Assembly (NCBI GenBank): GCA_011087955.1
Contig: JAALKR010000005.1
Span: 13,381-77,380, forward strand
DNA length: 64,000 bases
Reading direction: 5' to 3'
Source: Oligoflexia bacterium
GTDB lineage: Bacteria > Bdellovibrionota > UBA1018 > CAIPTA01 > JAALKR01
Shown here one piece after another: positions 9,113 through 15,977 of the stretch (positions are counted from its first letter, which is position 1; each line of letters opens with the position of its first letter). The notes under the pieces are model-generated. The model saw only the letters and a program-made list of their open reading frames with translations, made no database searches and was not told the origin of the DNA. The translations under genes were made by a program, and so were the position numbers.

Positions 9113-9906
9113 GTACGGATGCTTTCAAGGAAATCATTCGCGCGGAACCGGCAGATCGTGCGGACTTATTCCTGACGACGGCACAGCGTCTGGGCGCACC
9201 GCTCATCAACATCGAGAAAGACTTTTGGGTGTGCTGGACACTCAACACGCTCTACCATCGACTTCCTAGCCATGGACCACGCCTTCTCTTCAAAGGCGGC
9301 ACGTCCTTGTCAAAAGCCTATAGTTTGATCAGCCGATTCTCAGAGGACATCGACGTGACGGTTTTCCGAGATGATCTCGGCCATCCGGCGACCACCGCGG
9401 AAATTACTGCGCTGTCCAACAAGAAAAGGAAGGCTGCTCTCGACGCAATCGCAGCTGACTGCAGCAATTACATCACGACTGACCTTCGCGCCTCAGTCGC
9501 TGAAATTCTTGATGGCGACACGGAAGGCCTAGGCCTCGTGGAAGTCGACAAAAGCGACACGAGCAATCAGACCTTACTCGTCTGGTACCCACGGGTGGAG
9601 ACGTCCGAAACAACATATGTGCAAGCGGCTGTGAAGATTGAGTCCGGAGCGAAATCCGCGCTTGCAAAGACATTTTTCAGTAGACCGGATTTCGATCTCG
9701 CGTCCGCTGCGCCAGGTACATTTTCTCTTAGACCTGTTGGCGACATGATTGAACGACTGGCTCGCGACTATGATAATACCCGGGCCATGATCTTCGGCGA
9801 TGCACCCGCCTTTGAAGACATAATGTCATCAGTCGGAGAGATCGAAGACAGCCTGAATGCTCCGGCGAAGGGTGCCAACGGAAGCGATGGCCAAGAACAT
9901 GGCTAA
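9109..9906 (+). CDS. abiEii: Nucleotidyltransferase AbiEii/AbiGii toxin family protein (possibly internally deleted)
   Basis: Contains the LLFKGGTSLSKAY..ISRFSEDIDV nucleotidyltransferase motif. At 265 aa, the region between IESGAKS and the C-terminal DY...MIFGD.P.FE block looks shorter than in typical family members. Confidence 0.75.
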   Translation: MSTDAFKEIIRAEPADRADLFLTTAQRLGAPLINIEKDFWVCWTLNTLYHRLPSHGPRLLFKGGTSLSKAYSLISRFSEDIDVTVFRDDLGHPATTAEITALSNKKRKAALDAIAADCSNYITTDLRASVAEILDGDTEGLGLVEVDKSDTSNQTLLVWYPRVETSETTYVQAAVKIESGAKSALAKTFFSRPDFDLASAAPGTFSLRPVGDMIERLARDYDNTRAMIFGDAPAFEDIMSSVGEIEDSLNAPAKGANGSDGQEHG

Positions 9907-10222
9907 GAAAACCAAACCCCGAAAGCGGCGCTGTGATCCAAAGCCATCATCTAAACCGGCCAAGGCCGCGTCCAGGGCCGGATCCAATGCTGGTCGGGGC
10001 TTTCGCTACCAGGACGCTGTGGCGGCTTGGTTGGCGGTAGAAATATGGGCTCGTCAGCGAGCGCCCGCCATCGTGATCCCGGAAGGTGGTGACGATATTG
10101 AACTACGTGGCGCAGCAGCAAGTTTTGTTCAGGTCAAGAGCCGGCGTGGGCACCTTGGAGACTACCGGGAAGCAAAAGCTTTGGTCAGCTGGCCAAGGAT
10201 TCGACAGCCATTGGAGATGTAA
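9887..10222 (+). pseudogene. Truncated DUF4297-type PD-(D/E)xK nuclease N-terminal domain (Cap4-like or HerA-associated type)
   Basis: Carries the GRGFRYQDAVAAW...IPEGGDDIEL...FVQVKSRR motif series. The ATGs at 9887 and 9899 overlap the abiEii stop. The ORF stops at 10222, exactly where GC content collapses, at about 110 aa versus several hundred expected. Confidence 0.5.
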
Positions 10223-10305
10223 CTAGAAACTACTTTTAAATTTTAACTACTTAGAAACCCGTTTGGAGCGCGAGACTCGGCACTGCCTTTGCACTCTCTG
10301 GGCGT

Positions 10306-10941
10306 ATGACATGGTATATGACAGTTTTTCAATGTGTGACTCTCATTTTAGCGATAGCTATTTTTAGCCAATGTTCTCCGCTTGCCCCATCGCAAAACTT
10401 CGGAGGACAGGGGGCTCCTTCCGGCGGGAATATTGGTGACGTCAATAGTAATAGTGCCGGAGCTATTGCAAGTAGTGTAATACGCCACAATCTGGCTTTT
10501 CAGCTCAGTGTCGATACGATCGTAACAGCTCGTTTCAGTGTGCTATCCGGGCCCTTTCAAAGAGTCGCCGACTCTTCTATCAAAGTGCGGTTAGTATTGA
10601 CGGCTCAAGATCTAAATACCCTAGAGGCTAGCTCACGGGTGGAGCTATACGGACTGGATCGACTGGTGGAAGACTCTCCCCAGAAGGATATTCTGCAAAA
10701 GACACACGCTGCCACGGCGGCTGCACTTAGGCCCTCTCTACGATTTTACACTTCATCGCGTTATTTTGCAGATGTTCGATCAGCCATTCCTAGCCTAAGC
10801 CTGAAGGTAAGTCTTGCGACAAGCAACGAAGAGCTCATGCTTGTACTTTCGAGCCAAAATGCCGCCTCGACAACAAGCCTCGTAAATACCTGCCGAACCT
10901 TGATCCAAAACGGTTTTAGTTGCGATATTGAGTTACGATAA
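10306..10941 (+). CDS. Hypothetical secreted protein
   Basis: 211-aa ORF with a hydrophobic N-terminus (VTLILAIAIFSQCSP). No family recognised. Confidence 0.4.
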   Translation: MTWYMTVFQCVTLILAIAIFSQCSPLAPSQNFGGQGAPSGGNIGDVNSNSAGAIASSVIRHNLAFQLSVDTIVTARFSVLSGPFQRVADSSIKVRLVLTAQDLNTLEASSRVELYGLDRLVEDSPQKDILQKTHAATAAALRPSLRFYTSSRYFADVRSAIPSLSLKVSLATSNEELMLVLSSQNAASTTSLVNTCRTLIQNGFSCDIELR

Positions 10942-10961
10942 ACCGGAGGAGGATAGAGAGT

Positions 10962-11168
10962 ATGCTAGACCCGAATCGTAAGCTGAATTTGGATACTGCG
11001 ATTTCTGTTAAAGTGGAGCTCGACGTAGCTGAAGCTCTGAGTGTTATGGCCGATTATACGGGCATTTCCGCCGATGAAATCGTCAACACAGCGATGCGCA
11101 GATTTATTGTGACTCACAAAGATTATTTCCCAGAAGATGAAGCAACTAAAGATATTCGTCCACGATAA
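10962..11168 (+). CDS. Small ribbon-helix-helix (CopG-like) protein, orphan
   Basis: A strong RBS (GGAGGAGG) sits about 8 nt upstream. ISVKVELDVAEALSVMADYTGISADEIVNTAMRRFI fits a beta-strand/helix/helix RHH pattern. No partner toxin gene lies adjacent. Confidence 0.4.
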   Translation: MLDPNRKLNLDTAISVKVELDVAEALSVMADYTGISADEIVNTAMRRFIVTHKDYFPEDEATKDIRPR

Positions 11169-11183
11169 AAAAGCCACCGCCCC

Positions 11184-11215
11184 CAAAAAGCCGCCATAAA
11201 ACAGGCACGGCGGCT
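11184..11215 (-). terminator. Rho-independent terminator candidate after protease 1
   Basis: On the minus strand: AGCCGCC, a 13-nt loop, GGCGGCT, then TTTTT. It lies 16 nt after the stop at 11231. Confidence 0.4.
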
Positions 11216-11230
11216 ATTCAGGATTTTCTT

Positions 11231-13177
11231 TTATTCAGTGATTACCTGATACTTTTCTAGTTTAAAGCCCCAGTAACTACCCTGCTTAGGATCCCCTCTA
11301 TCAGAATCGAAGCTATCTGATTTGAATTTGATAGTCACGGAGCTACTTTCCACAGGCAAGGAAGTGAAACCTGACGGGTATTCATCACTAATCCGCTGCT
11401 TTTCCACTCCATTCGCATCCAAAATTGATATGTAATCGAACACAGCCTCAGTATCCACCTTGAACACAAGGCGTATGTACTTCGTATTTGCTACTTCACT
11501 AGTGAGCGTCCAACTATCATCCCTATCGTATCCGTATGGGTGTTGCGTCTCAATTATAGTTGGATTGCCATCTGCATCAAGAATATCAGGACCGTCCTCC
11601 CAATCTGATTCTTCCAGCTCCTCTCCAGCTGGAGGGTAAATAGCATTGACTGCATTATAAACATTCAAGCGACCAGAGCTAGCAACGGCGGATGAAAGAG
11701 CTTTGTCCCAGGTACGAGAGTTAAGAATTCGATCACGAACCTTAGTATAAGTTGCTGTGGCACCAAGATGCGACCAAACCAATGCTGCCGCACCAGCAAC
11801 ATGCGGTGCAGCCATCGATGTTCCATGTTTGGGCGCGTATGGGCTGGAACCTAAGGAAGTGGGAATTGTGGAGATGATACTCACGCCTGGTGCAGCGATA
11901 TCAACTGACACCTTACCATAGTGTGAAAATATAGCACGCTCGCCAGTCCTCTCTGTAGCAGCAACAGCGATTACATTATCTAAATTGTATGAGGCTGGAT
12001 AGGAAGGCTTGAGGTCATTGTTTCTATGAAAGTTACCTGCAGATGCGACAAAAAGAATTCCCGCCTCACTTGCATCTTCGATAGCTGCCCTTACAGACTG
12101 AGAGAAGCCGGGACTACCCAAAGAGGCATTTATGATATCTGCTCCTCTAGAAATTGCATAGTCAATAGCTGGAATCAGATCAAATATGTTTCCGGTGCCG
12201 TCTTCGCCGAGGACCTGAACCGGGATGATTCCAACGTGCCAAACAACACCGGTGGTACCAATACCATTATTACCAACCGCACCAATTGTGCCCGCAACGT
12301 GAGTCCCATGAGATTCGAGATCCATTGGGTCATTGCTACCCACACCACCTAAAGCGTAACCAACAAAATTCCAACCTCTCCAGTCATCGATATGTCCGTT
12401 GCCATCATCATCAATGCCATTGGTCTTTTTTTCGTCGCCATCTGAATCGAGACCCATCTCGCCCTCGTTAAAAGCGATATTGGCGTTTAGGTCTTCGTGG
12501 TTGTAGTCAACACCCGTATCAAAAACAGCTACCAACACCTCTTTTGAACCTCTCTCAGTCGCCCAGGCCTTTGCTGCACCAATATCAGCGCTTGGCTGAG
12601 TAATATCCCTTAGCCCCCAAAGTTCGTCGAACATAGCGTCATCTGGTATCACTTCCCCATTCGCATTTGGTGGGGGAGCGCCGTCATCATCATCATCATC
12701 ATCCGGGTTGTCTGGCGGATCATCCGGGTTGTCGTCTCCTGGGTTACCGCCGCCTAACGGACTCGTAACGCTGTTACCCAGCAAGTGTATAGTGTAATTT
12801 GGCTCTGCATAGCGAACCGCTGGATGACTATTCATTTTCTGTAGAAACATTTCTGCCTTTGCATCGTCTGCAAGGTTAACTATCAAAAACCTAGGATTTT
12901 TTTTGGGGTAGTTTTTAACTGATTGAACACCTAAGTCGGCAGAGAAGAGCGTGCTCATCTGCGCTAGTGACTTCGCACTATCTAGACGTATGATAAATTC
13001 TCCTGGGACGCGATCATGCCCGAGCATGGCCTTGTATTTTGAAACGCTTTTCTCAGCATTACTAATCATAGCGTTCTTAGCACTGAGTCCTATTGGCCCT
13101 ACTACTACGAAAAATAGGACTGTTAAAAGGATCCTTTTCTTAGAGGCTAAGTACCTCCACCATTTCCTTTGCTTCAT
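11231..13177 (-). CDS. Secreted subtilisin-like serine protease (S8) with I9 propeptide, acidic/Pro linker and one C-terminal CUB-like domain (paralog 1)
   Basis: Catalytic motifs are intact: VAVFDTGVDY, SHGTHVAG, SAGN, GTSMAAPHVAG. The start is set at MKQRKWW (13177), which has GGAGGAG 6 nt upstream. The track ORF extends to 13210. Confidence 0.9.
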   Translation of the reverse strand: MKQRKWWRYLASKKRILLTVLFFVVVGPIGLSAKNAMISNAEKSVSKYKAMLGHDRVPGEFIIRLDSAKSLAQMSTLFSADLGVQSVKNYPKKNPRFLIVNLADDAKAEMFLQKMNSHPAVRYAEPNYTIHLLGNSVTSPLGGGNPGDDNPDDPPDNPDDDDDDDGAPPPNANGEVIPDDAMFDELWGLRDITQPSADIGAAKAWATERGSKEVLVAVFDTGVDYNHEDLNANIAFNEGEMGLDSDGDEKKTNGIDDDGNGHIDDWRGWNFVGYALGGVGSNDPMDLESHGTHVAGTIGAVGNNGIGTTGVVWHVGIIPVQVLGEDGTGNIFDLIPAIDYAISRGADIINASLGSPGFSQSVRAAIEDASEAGILFVASAGNFHRNNDLKPSYPASYNLDNVIAVAATERTGERAIFSHYGKVSVDIAAPGVSIISTIPTSLGSSPYAPKHGTSMAAPHVAGAAALVWSHLGATATYTKVRDRILNSRTWDKALSSAVASSGRLNVYNAVNAIYPPAGEELEESDWEDGPDILDADGNPTIIETQHPYGYDRDDSWTLTSEVANTKYIRLVFKVDTEAVFDYISILDANGVEKQRISDEYPSGFTSLPVESSSVTIKFKSDSFDSDRGDPKQGSYWGFKLEKYQVITE

Positions 13178-13242
13178 TTCATGCTCCTCCATGGGCTCCA
13201 CACCCCACATATGGTTATTATGATCTATAAACTAAAATTTCG

Positions 13243-15789
13243 TTAATCGGCATATTGATACTTTTCCAGTCTAAAGCCCCAATAATTAACGGTTCCATCT
13301 GACCTGAGTCGGATAGTTGCAGAATTACCTCGCACAAACGTAGAAGTGAATCCGTTCTCGTGAATGCCTGTAATCGACTCAACCGTGTCTCCATCCGCAT
13401 TAAGGATCTGTACATAATCAACGTTAGGCTCAACCTCTAATCGGGAGAACACAAGGCGCATAAAGTTCGCATCTGTTGGACCTTGGATCGTCCAACGTCG
13501 GTCTTCATCGCTGTTATATTCATGGTCTGACTCAACGACAATTAGATTGCCATCCTCATCAAGAATGTTGCCACCATCCACCCAATCCGACTCTTCCGGC
13601 GGTTCAAGTGGATCTGGTGGAGGCGGAGGCGGCGGATCATCTATGGATGGATCAGTGATGACTTGATACTTCTCTAATATAAAGCCATAGCGATTATTAT
13701 CGGTTAAATCCGTTTTGAATTGGAGGCGCAGGAAATTCCCTGCCACAAACAAAGAAGTCACTCCGTCCGAATGACTACCAGTAATGCTCTCCACCCTTTC
13801 CCAATCCCCATTCTCATCCACACCAGAGATGTGTAGGTAGTCAAAGCCACGCTCAAGCTCTAATCGGGAGAACACAAGGCGAATAAATTTTGTCTTTTCT
13901 ATACTGCTAGTGATCGTCCACATGTCGTTTCTACTGTTTCTATATGGGTGGCGTGACTCAATTATAGTTGGATTGCCATCTTCATCAAGAATATCATCAC
14001 CGTCCCTCCAGTTGTCGTCTGGCATAGGTTCCGGATCGTCTACAGGTGGAGTTGGTGGGTCATCGTACATATCCGGGTCCGATTCCTTGATCGCCTCATA
14101 AACATTCAAACGACCAGAAGAGATAATATTTCGCTTAAGGCCTGGCACCCGATGACGAGAGTTGAGAATTCGATTACGAATCTGAGTATAAGTTTCTCCT
14201 GTGTACTCCGACCAAAGCAATGCCGCTGCACCGGCGACATGTGACGCAGCTGCCGATGTTCCAGAGAGTGTAGCGTATCCGTTGTCCAGAAATGTAGAAC
14301 GAATCCTCTCCCCTGGTGCAGCGATATGAATTGTACGCTTACCATAGTTTGACGTTGGACGGAGGGCATCATGATTGTCCGTAGCAGCAACAGAGATTAT
14401 GTTATCTAGGTTGTATGAACCTGGATAGTGCGGGGAATAGTCACTGTTTTGAGCGTTATCCCCTGCAGGTACGATAAAAAGGATTCCCGCATCCTTTGCA
14501 TCTTCAATTTTGTCAAACATAGTGGAAGAGGACACACTGCTACTAAAAGAGCAATTGATGATATCCACCCCTCTAACGAGAGCATAATCAATAGCTTTAA
14601 CTACATCGTCTAGTGCTCCAATACCGAAATTATTTATGTACCTAATTGGAACAATCCCAATGTTCCAAGCAACACCAGCGACACCAGTCTCATTGTTGCC
14701 AATCGCACCGATTATGCCCGCAGTGTGCGTCCCCTGGCCGCTCCTATCTGCTGCATTATTCGTGCTCTCACCAGCAAAATTCCAGCCTCTCCAATCATCC
14801 GCAAATCCATTTCCATCATCATCTATTCCATTTATATGTTTACCGCCGCCCATCTCGCCTGAGTTAAAAGCAATATTGTCACTTAGGTCCTCGTGGTCAT
14901 AGTCAATGCCGGAATTAATAACAGCCACCAATACGTTGCTGGAACCTTCCTGAATCTCCCATGCCCCCTTCGCAGAAATATCAATGCCTGGTATCCCCTC
15001 TTTCCCCCCAATGGTTTGACCAGTGTTCTCTAATGACCACTGCATGCCAAATTCTGGATCATCTGGCCAAGGATCATCTACAGGGGGAGGATCATCTACC
15101 GGGGGAGGGTCATCTACCGGGGGAGGGTCATCTACCGGGGGAGGATCATCTACAGGGGGAGGAGGATCATCATCCTGCCCCGGGTCCTGCCCTGGATCCT
15201 GCCCCGGGTCCTGTCCTGGGTCCTGTCCTGGATCCTGCCCTGGGTCCTGCCCTGGATCCTGCCCCGGGTCCTGCCCTGGATCCTGCCCTGGATCGTTTCT
15301 TTCCAAAGCCTCTCCACTCCCATCCAACGGGCGCACAATTACAATATAATTCGGTTCCGCATAGCGAACGGCTGGATGACTATTTATTTTCTTTAGGAAT
15401 GTTTCTGCCTTTGCATCGTCTGCTATTTTAACCGTCATAAGCTCAGGATTTGTTTGGAAGACTTCAACTGATTGAACGCCTAAATCTGTAGAGAAAATTG
15501 TGTTCATTAATCCTAACGACTTCGCGCCATCTAGACGTACAACAAATTCTCCTGGGACACGGTCATGCGAAAGCATAACCCTGTATTCTGAATACATAGC
15601 CTTGTACTTTGAAATGCTAGACATAGCCCTACTGGTGACCACGTCACCAACCAAAGTGCCACGGTCAACAATATCATAAGTCGTAGCTTTACTAGCACTG
15701 AGCCCCGTGGCTAGAACAACCGCTAATAGCGCTGTGAAAAGGCTCTTTTTCGTGGATAGCAATTGGCGCCAATTCCTTTGGCTACACAT
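13243..15789 (-). CDS. Subtilase-fold pseudo-protease (S8 paralog 2) with I9-like propeptide, (DPGQ)10 and (DDPPPV)n linkers and two C-terminal CUB-like domains
   Basis: It aligns column by column with paralogs 1 and 3 but reads VAVINSG (Asp->Asn), SGQGTHTAG (His->Gln), PAGD (oxyanion Asn->Asp) and GTSAAASHVAG (Ser kept). The start is set at MCSQRNW (15789), which has GGAGGA 8 nt upstream. The track ORF extends to 15882. Confidence 0.85.
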   Translation of the reverse strand: MCSQRNWRQLLSTKKSLFTALLAVVLATGLSASKATTYDIVDRGTLVGDVVTSRAMSSISKYKAMYSEYRVMLSHDRVPGEFVVRLDGAKSLGLMNTIFSTDLGVQSVEVFQTNPELMTVKIADDAKAETFLKKINSHPAVRYAEPNYIVIVRPLDGSGEALERNDPGQDPGQDPGQDPGQDPGQDPGQDPGQDPGQDPGQDPGQDDDPPPPVDDPPPVDDPPPVDDPPPVDDPPPVDDPWPDDPEFGMQWSLENTGQTIGGKEGIPGIDISAKGAWEIQEGSSNVLVAVINSGIDYDHEDLSDNIAFNSGEMGGGKHINGIDDDGNGFADDWRGWNFAGESTNNAADRSGQGTHTAGIIGAIGNNETGVAGVAWNIGIVPIRYINNFGIGALDDVVKAIDYALVRGVDIINCSFSSSVSSSTMFDKIEDAKDAGILFIVPAGDNAQNSDYSPHYPGSYNLDNIISVAATDNHDALRPTSNYGKRTIHIAAPGERIRSTFLDNGYATLSGTSAAASHVAGAAALLWSEYTGETYTQIRNRILNSRHRVPGLKRNIISSGRLNVYEAIKESDPDMYDDPPTPPVDDPEPMPDDNWRDGDDILDEDGNPTIIESRHPYRNSRNDMWTITSSIEKTKFIRLVFSRLELERGFDYLHISGVDENGDWERVESITGSHSDGVTSLFVAGNFLRLQFKTDLTDNNRYGFILEKYQVITDPSIDDPPPPPPPDPLEPPEESDWVDGGNILDEDGNLIVVESDHEYNSDEDRRWTIQGPTDANFMRLVFSRLEVEPNVDYVQILNADGDTVESITGIHENGFTSTFVRGNSATIRLRSDGTVNYWGFRLEKYQYAD
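15064..15174 (-). repeat. Coding tandem repeat, 18-nt unit encoding DDPPPV (about 5 copies)
   Basis: The protein reads DDDPPPPV DDPPPV DDPPPV DDPPPV DDPPPV DDPWP. The plus-strand DNA shows repeated ggaggatcatctac(a/c)gggg. Confidence 0.85.
15175..15294 (-). repeat. Coding tandem repeat, 12-nt unit encoding DPGQ x10
   Basis: Ten consecutive DPGQ units (aa 197-236 of the long ORF). The repeat count was cross-checked against the codon positions of downstream residues. Confidence 0.9.
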
Positions 15790-15920
15790 TTCACGATCCT
15801 CCATGATCCCTAAATCAGCTCTGTACCTGAATTTGTTTTGCGTCCCTCTAAAAATGCTAATTTCGACAATCTGGTGTGTCAATAAAATTATGAAAACTTA
15901 ATTAAGATCTCGCCCACGAC

Positions 15921-15950
15921 AAAAAAGCCCCTACCATTTGTGGTAGGGGC
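15921..15950 (-). terminator. Rho-independent terminator after protease 3
   Basis: On the minus strand: GCCCCTACCA-CAAA-TGGTAGGGGC followed by TTTTTT, 28 nt after the stop at 15978. Confidence 0.65.
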
Positions 15951-15977
15951 TAGTCAGAATTTTCTCACTCTTCCGGC

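Larger units (their letters stand above)
7224..10222. mobile_element. High-GC horizontally acquired island remnant (defence-gene debris; no integrase seen)
   Basis: Hand GC counts are 40/60 for 7381-7440 versus 26/60 for 11281-11340. Composition switches within tens of nt near 7230-7260 and 10205-10225. Gene content is defence-type and partly truncated. Confidence 0.6.

Noticed and set aside
7224-10222. Search for an integrase, recombinase or transposase gene in the high-GC island
   Set aside because: No ORF in any frame shows recognisable tyrosine or serine recombinase motifs or DDE motifs. The island is therefore called a remnant, not an active mobile element.
13178-13210. Longer N-terminal extensions of protease paralogs 1 and 2 (track starts at 13210 and 15882)
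   Set aside because: The internal ATGs at 13177 and 15789 are each preceded by GGAGGA at 6-8 nt. They yield canonical signal peptides that begin with a basic n-region, and the two paralogs share this context.
15064-15294. Short periodic repeats considered as a CRISPR array (likewise 42118-42504)
   Set aside because: The units are contiguous, without unique spacers. They are in frame inside long ORFs, and their periods (12, 18 and 153 nt) do not fit repeat-spacer architecture.
14961-15431. Plus-strand ORFs with striking repeats: GSSTGGG repeats and CPGS repeats at 15023-15349, and LPGEG-type repeats with LDPALGPA-type repeats at 14961-15431
   Set aside because: They are the antisense reading of the (DPGQ)n and (DDPPPV)n coding repeats of protease paralog 2. 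There is no independent start context.
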